Shown one piece after another: positions 52,486 to 60,694 of a DNA stretch of 64,000 nt (positions are counted from its first letter, which is position 1; every line of letters begins with the position of its first letter). The position numbers and the translations under genes are program-made. The notes under the pieces are model-generated. The model did not search any database, was not told the origin of the DNA, and was given only the letters and a program-made list of their open reading frames with translations. Source of the stretch: Afipia sp. 64-13 (GTDB lineage: Bacteria > Pseudomonadota > Alphaproteobacteria > Rhizobiales > Xanthobacteraceae); contig MKUJ01000003.1 in NCBI GenBank assembly GCA_001897755.1, forward strand, positions 298,370-362,369, given 5' to 3'.

Positions 52486-53439
52486 TTCTGAAATCGAAAA
52501 GGATGCCTCTGCGAGCCACTGAGCAAGGTCCATGCCGAGATGCAGGCCTGACAGGGCGAGCAATTCCTTGATTTCATTGAGCGCCTTCCGCCCGAAATTT
52601 GGCGTTCTGAGCATCTCGGCTTCGGATTTCTGCACCAGTTCGCCGACATAGTTGATCCCATCGTTCTTTAGGCAGTTTGCCGATCTGACAGACAACTCCA
52701 ATTCGTCGGTGCGTTCGAGAAGTTTGCCTGCCTGAAGCGACAGAAGCTCGATGTTCGGTGGGGGCCAGCCCGTGACGGATAAGCCGAGATGTAGCCCGAC
52801 CTGTGCCAAAATCTCTTTCAATTCATTCAGTGACTTGCGTCCGAAGTTCGAGGTTCGGAGCAGTTCGGCTTCTCCCTTTTGCGCGAACTCGCCGACGTAG
52901 CGGATGCCTTCATTATTCAGGCAATTGTAGGTGCGTACCGAAAGTTCGAGTTGGTCGATATCTCGAAGAAGATGGATTGATGGCGGGATTCCGACGGGAG
53001 GAACGTAGGGCAACGGATCAGGCGGAGGTGGCGTCCAGCCGAATTCGTAATCACTCGACCGCCAGGATGTTGTGGCGCTCGCGCGTTGCGCATCATCTAG
53101 AAACTCAGTCAGCGCCTCCACAGCAATACCAAATCGACAATTGACGATCTCACGACCTTTTTGCCGATGGCCTTCTTTATTGTACATGCGCAATTGACGA
53201 TATCGCTTTAGGCGACGGCGGGCATCGTGTTCGACCCGTCCGCCCTCATCGACCCAGACATAATAGAGCAGAACCCAGTCGTCGATGCTGCCGTAGGCAG
53301 TTCTGCGGAGCCGTCTTTCTTGCTGTCGGATGTTCACGGTCGTGCCGATTTTGAGGACACGATGAGACAGCGACCCTGCTATGTAGACATAACCGGAACC
53401 GTAATATCTATCGCGGAAAGTATCCGACCAGTCATCCAT
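52483..53439 (-). CDS. GIY-YIG/T5orf172-like domain fused through a Pro-rich linker to two tandem RNA polymerase alpha-subunit C-terminal domains (alpha-CTD)
   Basis: 318 aa. Residues ~14-112 read GYVYIAG...LKIGTT...RQQERRL...GREIV. Residues ~156-231 and ~238-305 each read (D/E)LELSVR(T/S)(Y/A)NCL(N/K)N(E/D)GI.YVGE..QK.EAE(L/M)LRT.NFGRK.LNE(L/I)KE.LA..GLHLG. That is the alpha-CTD helix-hairpin-helix sequence nearly motif for motif. Confidence 0.8.
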   Translation of the reverse strand: MDDWSDTFRDRYYGSGYVYIAGSLSHRVLKIGTTVNIRQQERRLRRTAYGSIDDWVLLYYVWVDEGGRVEHDARRRLKRYRQLRMYNKEGHRQKGREIVNCRFGIAVEALTEFLDDAQRASATTSWRSSDYEFGWTPPPPDPLPYVPPVGIPPSIHLLRDIDQLELSVRTYNCLNNEGIRYVGEFAQKGEAELLRTSNFGRKSLNELKEILAQVGLHLGLSVTGWPPPNIELLSLQAGKLLERTDELELSVRSANCLKNDGINYVGELVQKSEAEMLRTPNFGRKALNEIKELLALSGLHLGMDLAQWLAEASFSISE

Positions 53440-53472
53440 CTGGTGTTCTCAGCAATAAGATTGTGGCGTCTG

Positions 53473-54309
53473 TCACGGTCGAAGCTGACCTGAAACACTC
53501 GATTGCAATTTCTGACTGATCAATTTCGCCAATTCAGCAATCGTATTGAGCATTAATTCCCGCATCTTCAGATCATCGGAATATGTCAGTCGCAGTTTCA
53601 GACAGTGCGACCCAAGCATCGCAATCCCGGCGATAGACATGTCTTCTCCGATAAGGAAGTGCTGCAATACAAACGGCTCGGCGACGTGAACAGGCCATGG
53701 TGTCTTTGCATCGGGATGTGCGGCTAGGACTTGATTGCAAACCAATTGCAGTTCTCGTTCTCTGATCTCGCTGGAAGAGGCTCCCTCCATTCGTCCGTCC
53801 GCTGCGCCATAGATATAGATTGCGGCCTTTGCACCCAGCGCGGAGTACAACAGTGAGGTGTCAAGAATGGCATCGCCCTGGCTGTTGTCGATTGTACCAT
53901 CAAAATGAAGCCACCCGATTTGCGAGGGGGCGCAGAATGCGATTCGTGGGTCGGACCATTCAATCAGAGGCGCGGAGGCGTCTGGCGTCCCGTCAACGTG
54001 ACTTACATCGAAATATAGAGAGCGAACCTCTGAAACGATCTGATCTTGTGTGAACGCGACCGTTTCAATTCGAAGCTTCTGTATCGTTGACACAACTTCC
54101 GGAACAGCTTCAGATTCCAATAGCCGCCACAGTTCCTGTCTTCCCCGCCCAAGGCCACGAAGGAGATTTAACTGCGTTCGGGTTGCATACCTCGAAGAAC
54201 ACGGCTCGATAACGAATGGATCTGCAATCCGGCCGCTGCCCCCTCGTATGAGAACATCGATCCCAAAATCAGCCTTGAGGGCTTCGCGGATAGTCATTGC
54301 TCTGGTCAT
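53473..54309 (-). CDS. Hypothetical protein, first gene of the two-gene module with the GIY-YIG/alpha-CTD protein
   Basis: 278-aa ORF, co-oriented with and 33 nt upstream of the next gene. I recognise no motif. The transposon right IR lies ~130 nt upstream. Confidence 0.55.
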   Translation of the reverse strand: MTRAMTIREALKADFGIDVLIRGGSGRIADPFVIEPCSSRYATRTQLNLLRGLGRGRQELWRLLESEAVPEVVSTIQKLRIETVAFTQDQIVSEVRSLYFDVSHVDGTPDASAPLIEWSDPRIAFCAPSQIGWLHFDGTIDNSQGDAILDTSLLYSALGAKAAIYIYGAADGRMEGASSSEIRERELQLVCNQVLAAHPDAKTPWPVHVAEPFVLQHFLIGEDMSIAGIAMLGSHCLKLRLTYSDDLKMRELMLNTIAELAKLISQKLQSSVSGQLRP

Positions 54310-54438
54310 CCCGGCAGGTCTTCGGGATGCCAGTGTACAGATGATTTGGTGTTGGGGAGATGCGTCGTCGATCTAACGAGGGATTCAAACTTCGAAAGAG
54401 AAAATATGTAATTGAATCAGTTATTTATGCGCGATTTT

Positions 54439-54469
54439 GTGGCGTTTGCTACCTAATATCGAATTTTTC
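54439..54469 (-). repeat. Right terminal inverted repeat + right target-site duplication (aatttttc)
   Basis: Read directly; see the mobile element entry. Confidence 0.75.
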
Positions 54470-54616
54470 TGCAGACGTCCCGTGGACCACCCTTCCCCGC
54501 TAGCCATGGGCAATGCACGGTCTCAAGCTGATCTGCCTTTAAACTCGGCATTTGAAGAACTTTGAGCGACTAGGTAGTGCACGGAAGCGTTATCCGGATT
54601 TGGTCTGCGCAAGGCA

Positions 54617-54820
54617 ATGAATCTTTCAATGTCTCCCTACATCTCGTTCTGCACGATTGAGCCGCGAACCGGTTTGTGTCTTGGGTGCGCGCGCACCTTA
54701 ACCGAGATTACTGATTGGCAATTTATGAGCTCGGACAAACAAGCGGAAATCAACAAAACATTGATCCAACGGTTTACCGAAGCTGGAATCGAGGTTCCGC
54801 AGGCGTTCTTGAACGATTGA
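54617..54820 (+). CDS. DUF1289-family small Cys protein (C-terminus probably replaced at a rearrangement junction)
   Basis: 67 aa. SPYISFCTIEPRTGLCLGCARTLTEITDW fits the DUF1289 C..C...C.GC pattern. The last ~15 codons are the reverse complement of a TonB-receptor-like fragment. Confidence 0.6.
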   Translation: MNLSMSPYISFCTIEPRTGLCLGCARTLTEITDWQFMSSDKQAEINKTLIQRFTEAGIEVPQAFLND

Positions 54821-55010
54821 GTTGTACGCTTGGTATCGTGCCCAAAGTCTCTTCACGGTCTGTCCCGGCGACCGCCTGATGTCGTCGGCGGTGATGACAC
54901 TGGTCGAGGCCCCTATAACATTTATCGTGTTGCTAGCTTCCACGAGACGACTGGCTTCGTTGTTGATGGCGGCAAGAGTCGCAACTACCGGCTCGAATGC
55001 TCGCGCAGGG
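54780..55010 (-). pseudogene. Fragment of a TonB-dependent receptor plug domain (frameshifted)
   Basis: The minus-strand translation gives ...NTINVIGASTSVITADDIRRSPGQT. After a frame change it reads ...EETLGTIPSVQLN..., which resembles the TBDR plug consensus. There is no barrel portion. Confidence 0.3.
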
Positions 55011-55536
55011 CTCCGGCAGGCGCCGCCACCATGGCCTCGTTTTCTGAAGAACTGCCGTGGTATGAAGGGCGTTTTCCGCGCATGGCGCAAAGCTGCCATC
55101 AAAACCTTGATAGCCGAAATACATGCTATTTCATGAGCTTAGATGGCGCGCCGCCTCAGGTGATGATGCGAACTATGTCTACTCCATAGCCCTCTAAGGC
55201 CCTCCTTTTGCGAGAAACGAGGCCTGCCGCTCCGCGGGGCTTGGTGGGCAGCTTGCTGTTCATCGTCTTCAAGTCGATCACAAGCCTGCTCATATGCATG
55301 CGGTGGGTGATGGCCATACCAAGATCGATCTGATCAGTCCGCGATTGCGGTCCCGAGCGCCGGGCGATGGAGGTCGTGCCCCGGCACCGGGCTACGCGTC
55401 TGGCACGATAATCGCCCGGCTTGTTGGCAGGAATACCGACCTTTGCGTGCGGGTGGCGATTTGTCCGGGGATTACGCGATCCCGACGGCCGCCTTTTGCA
55501 GAATAGTGGTAGGCGCGCCTCGCGGCAGGCGGCGCA

Positions 55537-57299
55537 GTGTTGATGCCCGCCCGCATCCAATTTCTTTCATCAAACGAAAAGGACGTCCAGTTGACGACCG
55601 ATACCTCCGTGCGTTCCGATCTTCCTTCCTCCTCTCCGGCGGTGACCCGTGTTGTCTCCTACCTTCGCGTCTCGACCGGCCGGCAGGCTGAGAGCGACCT
55701 GTCGATTCCCGACCAGCGTCGTCAGATCGAGCGCTATTGCGCCGCTCGCGGCTGGACGATCGTGGAAGACTATGTCGAGCCTGGCAGCAGCGCGACGGAC
55801 GATCGGCGCCCGGCCTTTCAGCAAATGATCGATGCGGCCTTGGTCAGGCCGCCGGCATTCAGCACGATCCTCGTTCACAGCTTCTCGCGTTTTTTCCGCG
55901 ATCAGTTCCAGTTTGAGCGCTATGTCCGCAAACTCGCGAAGAACGGCATGCAGGTCATCTCGATCACCCAGGACCTAGGCGACAATCCGATGGGCATGAT
56001 GATGCGCCAGATCGTGACCCTTTTCGACGAATATCAGTCGAAGGAAAACGCCAAGCACACGCTACGCGCCATGTGCGAGAATGCCCGGCAGGGCTACTGG
56101 AACGGCGCCCGGCCGCCTGTCGGCTATCGCACGGTGGCGGTCGAAAAGCGGGGTTCGAAAATCAAGAAGACGCTGGAGATCGATCCGCTCCACGTCGGGA
56201 CGGTACGGCTGATCTTCCGACTTGCGCTTGAAGGCGCCGATGGCAGCGGCCCGATGGGCGTGAAGGCGATCACGCGCCTTCTCAATGAACGCGGCATTCG
56301 TACGCCGAATGGCGGGCGCTGGGGCCTGTCGCAGATCCACACCATCCTGACCCGCCCCACCTACATCGGCGAACATCGCTTCAACCGTCTTGAGGCCCGT
56401 ACCAAACAACGCAAAGCAAAGATGGAACACGCCATCATGTCCGTGCCGCCGCTGATCGCCGAGCATGACTTCAACGAAGTCCAACGCCTGCTCCAATCAC
56501 GCAATTTCAAAATGATGCACCCACAGGCTGTCGGCGGACCGATATTGCTCACCGGAATTTGCTTCTGTGCCTCGTGCGGCGGCGCGATGACCCTTCGCAC
56601 CGGCAGGGGCAGCACAGGACGATCGTATCGCTACTACACCTGCTCGACCCGAGCGCGGCGGGTCGAACAGGATGCCAGGGACCGGCGGTCCCGATGGACC
56701 GGCTGGACGACGCCGTGATCGACTTCCTCCGCTCGACGCTGCTCGCTCCCAAACGGATCGAGACGTTGATGACCCCGCTTATGACACATCGTGAAGACTG
56801 GGCGGATCGTCGGCGCCAGCATGTTGTTGAGTTAAGAGCGCAGGTGGATGAGGCAGAGCGCAAGCTCCGAAATCTGTATGAAGCCGTCGAAAACGACATG
56901 CTTGCCAGTACAGATCGGATGTTCAAGGAGCGCATCGCCCAACTCTCCACCCGCCGGGAGCAGGCAGAGACCGAAGCTGATCGCGTCGAGGCAATGGTGA
57001 TCCGGACAGGCCCTATGCTGTCTATGCAGGACGTGATCCGTATGGCGAAGGATGCGCGGATGAGATTTCAGACGGCCGGTAAACCGCCTCGTCAAATCAT
57101 CCGGACACTGCTCCAGCGGGTGGAGGTTGTTGGCAAGGATGAAGCTCGCGTGGAAGGATCGCGAGACGGACTACTGAAGGCGATCGCCTCTACAACCGGT
57201 AACAGGGCGATCATGACGGCAGGCGCTGGTGGGTTGAGCTGGCATCTGGCTGCCCGGGAGGGCATGGAAGATGCCTATGTTTTCTGTGTAGCGATGTAG
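55537..57299 (+). pseudogene. Large serine recombinase (resolvase domain + recombinase domain + zinc ribbon + coiled coil) interrupted by a frameshift near 56650-56690
   Basis: Frame 1 gives VVSYLRVSTGRQ...(catalytic Ser)...CASCGGAMTLRTG...YYTCSTRA and then runs into nonsense and a stop at 56718. The -1 frame continues with ...GCQGPAVPMDRLDDAVIDFL... and a coiled coil to 57299. The probable start is GTG 55642. This could also be a sequencing error. Confidence 0.75.
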
Positions 57300-57468
57300 G
57301 GCAAACAGGCCGGAGTGCAGGGGGATACCATCGCACTCTTCGGCCTAACTGACGGCTTAAGGAGCCAAGAGCGAACCGTCCGATTCTGAGCGTACAGGAT
57401 CGAACATCCGCCACTAACGGCATGGTGATCACCGAGCCTAGCTAGCGGCAACACTCGCTTTAGCAAGT

Positions 57469-58737
57469 CTATGCAAACGGCGCGGCGGCGAGGATGTTCT
57501 GGCCCTGGACGATGATGTTGCACCAACGCCTGGCCCGCGTCGCTGCGTTGTAAAGCAGCCGGCGCTTGTGCTCGATATCGCCACCAACCTGATACGGCCA
57601 TATGACCACGACGCCGTCGAACTCACGGTTCTTGGCCTGTTGCACTGTCATCGCAGTGAAGAGATGCGGTGCGCCACCGCCATACTGCCTGCGCAACGCC
57701 ACGTTTCGCGCGATCACCGCCTCGATCTCCACACGCGTAAATTCCGTCCGCCCGACAGCATGGATTTGATTTTCCACCCACAGCATTGCAGCTCGCACGG
57801 GCCCCGACGGCGGCAGCGAGCGTAGCGCAGCGCATGTCCCCGCAGCGGTCGCGTTGGCAGCGAGCACAAGCCCTCCGAGGATGACCTGCGTCTCGTCCCG
57901 ATCAGTGCCCTCCCACTGGATCGAGTACGGTCCATTTTGCTGCTGTCCACAGGGGCCTTGCCCCACGCGCGTTATTACGGACTGGACGAATCCACCTTGC
58001 AGCGCCGGTGTTATCACCGCGACGTTGCCTCCTTGGCGCCACGCAATGGCGTTTGCGAGCAAGGTCGCGGCCAGAGGAACGCTAACGCCGGGCTGCAAAA
58101 TGCGGAAGCCCGGTCCATTCACTGGCGCTTGGCCGTTCCGGATCGCCGTCGCGGCCGCCAGAAGGCCTCCAATACTCGTCCGGCGCACTTGGACTAGGGT
58201 TTCGAGCTCTGCCGCGCCCTGCAACCAAGTCACCAGGGGATTTGGCCGCAGCGCCTGGTCGAGGCATTGAAACTCGTCTGCCGCGATCAATGTGTGGGTG
58301 GCGCCCGACAGCGCGGCCAGCATCCGTAGTCGCTGCGGTCTCAGATCCTGTCCCTCATCCACCAGCACGATTGGAAAGCTAGCGGCCGTCCAGGCCCGGA
58401 CCTGTTGCTGCTCAAGAAGCAGTCCGGCAGTATCGCAGACCGCATCGAACTCGCCTTCCGCGATAGGCGCGACGCCGAGAGCCGCTGCAAGGCCGCGCCA
58501 GCGCCGGTAGATGCGCCATGCGAAGGCGTCAACCGTACAGCATTCCACCCGACCCATGAGGCCGGCAACGGTCCGAAGCCGGTCCGACAAGCGGCGCCTC
58601 GCACCGTGCATGAAGGTCAGCGCAAGCACGCGCTGCCCGTCGATCAAAGGATGGGCCGCAAGCGTCTCCGAGAGCATCTCCATGAGACGATGCGTTTTTC
58701 CGCATCCAGCAGCTCCCTCGACCGCCCGAACCGTCAC
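57469..58737 (-). CDS. gajB: UvrD-like superfamily 1 helicase, Gabija GajB-like
   Basis: 422 aa with Walker A GAAGCGKTH, motif II VLVDEGQDL and C-terminal motifs ...QQAKNREFDGVVVI... and LLYNAATRARR. There is an ATGA overlap with the upstream OLD-family gene. Confidence 0.75.
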   Translation of the reverse strand: MTVRAVEGAAGCGKTHRLMEMLSETLAAHPLIDGQRVLALTFMHGARRRLSDRLRTVAGLMGRVECCTVDAFAWRIYRRWRGLAAALGVAPIAEGEFDAVCDTAGLLLEQQQVRAWTAASFPIVLVDEGQDLRPQRLRMLAALSGATHTLIAADEFQCLDQALRPNPLVTWLQGAAELETLVQVRRTSIGGLLAAATAIRNGQAPVNGPGFRILQPGVSVPLAATLLANAIAWRQGGNVAVITPALQGGFVQSVITRVGQGPCGQQQNGPYSIQWEGTDRDETQVILGGLVLAANATAAGTCAALRSLPPSGPVRAAMLWVENQIHAVGRTEFTRVEIEAVIARNVALRRQYGGGAPHLFTAMTVQQAKNREFDGVVVIWPYQVGGDIEHKRRLLYNAATRARRWCNIIVQGQNILAAAPFA

Positions 58738-60548
58738 GGTTGGAATACCCTGACCGCCGGATTAGCAGCATCTGCGGAAAACAGCGGGTTGTTCTCTCCC
58801 TTCACTACGTCGGTGATCGCGTTGAGCAGCGACCGCGCTCGCGCGCAACAGGCTTCCGTGGCGCCGATCGCGCCCGCGATGATCTCGTAGCTTGACGTGT
58901 CCTTCTTCAGTCCCCCAGCAGCGCGATTGTCGCTCTTCAGGCGCAAGACCAGCTCGGCCACAGTTGCTGCCGGTTGGTCGATCTGGATCGCCGGAAGACA
59001 GGCGTTTGCATCGGCATTGATGATCCAGCCAATGGTATCCTCAAGCATCTGGCCATCCGCCCACCGAAGGATCACGCCCGAGTTTGGAGATCCGGCCGCC
59101 ACAAGAGTTGCGGCGTATCCGACGCCCTCCACGTCCCCGTCGACCATCGCCGCAACGCGGGGGTGCAAGGGCGCCATAGCCTCGGCCGTTCTGACGACCG
59201 CGCCATCATGCGTCGGAATCACGCCGACATATGCGTCGAACCGACACTCGTCCGCCGCCGCCCAGCTTTGATGCAGATCGACCGCGCGAACCAGCAGCCC
59301 GAGCCATTCGTAGTCGGTACGGCCTTCGGGAACCAAGACGAACTCGTGCATTACGGCCGCGATCGTTTCGACACGGTTGACCTGGAATAGCTTCCGCACG
59401 CTGTTCGGCATGTCGGCAGGCAGCGTGGACGTCAGCAAAGGAACCGCGGTCAGCCTCCCTCCGTCATTCCGGAGAACCGCCACGCCTTTCGGGTCCGCGA
59501 GTGCAGCCACCACCGGCGAATGAGTCGAGACGAACGTCTGTCGGGAAAGAGCCTGGATTCTATGAACCAGTCGGCGCTGTAGGGCCGGTGGTACATGCAG
59601 TTCCGGTTCCTCAAGCGCCATCCAAAAACCTTCGCTGGCTTCGGCACGCATACGGCCAAACTGCAAAAGCAGAAGCAAATGCTGGAGCGAGAGAAGGCCG
59701 CTACCATGCCGCCTTGCCGGCAAGGGGAGATCAGCTCCCTCATGGGCATAGTGCGAAACGACGGATTCAAGTAGGCCATCGCTGTCAGTAGCCGTCACGC
59801 GCAAATGGAGCGTGGGGGAAGTGCGGAAAAAGCCGCGTAGCTCCTGATTCAGGCGATTGACGATCGGAGCCAGGCGCTCATCCTGCTCAAGCCGCGCATT
59901 CGGCGCGCGCAATCTGTCCCGCTCGCTAAGGACAGACTCGGACGGCTGGCCTTCGCCGGCAGCGACAACCCTGCGAAACAACTCCGATCCGAACGATACA
60001 GTCCGATCCCATGTCCGGGTGGCCGGCACGAAAAAGAACCCGATGTCTCGGATCAAACGCGCGGAGAAAGCAGTGGCGCTCTCGTCGGCAAAGACATCGC
60101 CTACCGCATCGTCGTCATGGAAGTACCGAAGCGTCTCCACTTCGAGCGACGGCCTATGGAATCGCGCGGCGAAGGCGACCTGGCAAGCTAGCTTCCATGA
60201 TGGGTCGTTGCGGGTGGGCATCACGGTGCCATCGACGGGATTCCACCACTTTACGATTCCGCGATCGTCCCGAAACCATTCCATGTGCTGAGCCGCGTCA
60301 TCACCATCAAAATCGATGACCGTGGCGACAAGGCGAATTCGGTCCGCGGGCTGAGGGTTACTGCCGTAGAAATCATGCTCGGTCAGTTGACGCACCATTC
60401 GATCCCGGCCGAACAAGAGCGCCAATGCTTCGATGACTGTCGTCTTCCCACAATTATTTGAACCAACCAGTACGGTATGAGGTGAAAAGCGAACGACCCC
60501 TTCACGGATGCCGCGGAAATTCTCGATCTCTAGTTTTGCGATTTGCAC
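58734..60548 (-). CDS. gajA: OLD-family ATP-dependent endonuclease (ABC-type ATPase + TOPRIM), Gabija GajA-like
   Basis: The N-terminus reads KLEIENFRGI...VLVGSNNCGKTT. Walker B/D-loop is LEEPELHVPP, and TOPRIM motifs are VLVPEGRTDYE and MVDGDVEG. The likely start is GTG 60548 (VQIAKLEIENF); the maximal ORF reaches 60569. Confidence 0.8.
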   Translation of the reverse strand: MQIAKLEIENFRGIREGVVRFSPHTVLVGSNNCGKTTVIEALALLFGRDRMVRQLTEHDFYGSNPQPADRIRLVATVIDFDGDDAAQHMEWFRDDRGIVKWWNPVDGTVMPTRNDPSWKLACQVAFAARFHRPSLEVETLRYFHDDDAVGDVFADESATAFSARLIRDIGFFFVPATRTWDRTVSFGSELFRRVVAAGEGQPSESVLSERDRLRAPNARLEQDERLAPIVNRLNQELRGFFRTSPTLHLRVTATDSDGLLESVVSHYAHEGADLPLPARRHGSGLLSLQHLLLLLQFGRMRAEASEGFWMALEEPELHVPPALQRRLVHRIQALSRQTFVSTHSPVVAALADPKGVAVLRNDGGRLTAVPLLTSTLPADMPNSVRKLFQVNRVETIAAVMHEFVLVPEGRTDYEWLGLLVRAVDLHQSWAAADECRFDAYVGVIPTHDGAVVRTAEAMAPLHPRVAAMVDGDVEGVGYAATLVAAGSPNSGVILRWADGQMLEDTIGWIINADANACLPAIQIDQPAATVAELVLRLKSDNRAAGGLKKDTSSYEIIAGAIGATEACCARARSLLNAITDVVKGENNPLFSADAANPAVRVFQP

Positions 60549-60553
60549 GATTA

Positions 60554-60569
60554 CCCCCCCCACACACAC
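60554..60569. repeat. C8 homopolymer followed by (AC)4, immediately 5' of the gajA start (G8 + (GT)4 on the coding strand, at the Shine-Dalgarno position)
   Basis: Read directly as ...ttaCCCCCCCCACACACACtt... Confidence 0.9.
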
Positions 60570-60694
60570 TTAATAAAATACTTCCTAGCTGCGTAAAAGG
60601 TTTAGACGTGCGATATCAGGCCTTCGACGCATGCAACTGCCCCAAATATGAGACACCGCAACCCGCAGAACAGTTCGAGTCGGCATGCCGATCT

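Larger units (their letters stand above)
42661..54461. mobile_element. 11,801-bp IS1595-family transposon (ISNha5-like, passenger-carrying) bounded by 23-bp imperfect inverted repeats and an 8-bp target-site duplication
   Basis: IRL is cgcaattaggtagcaaacgccac (42661-42683). The reverse complement of IRR (54439-54461) is cgatattaggtagcaaacgccac, matching 21 of 23 positions with 19 contiguous. A perfect direct repeat aatttttc abuts both ends (42653-42660 and 54462-54469). The only transposase inside is IS1595-type, a family known for 8-bp duplications. Confidence 0.7.

Noticed and set aside
55156-55560. 134-aa reverse ORF and overlapping + strand ORFs between the TonB-receptor fragment and the serine recombinase.
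   Set aside because: There are no recognisable motifs in any frame, the composition is Arg-rich and the region is flanked by gene fragments. It is most likely non-coding or decayed sequence.
57300-57468. tRNA-like or att-like sequence (…caggatcgaacatccgcc…) between the recombinase and gajB, as a possible integration target.
   Set aside because: The T-arm-like GGATCGAAC has no complementary stem. No acceptor or anticodon arms can be folded by eye. A hairpin at 57312-57337 looks like a simple stem-loop after the recombinase stop.
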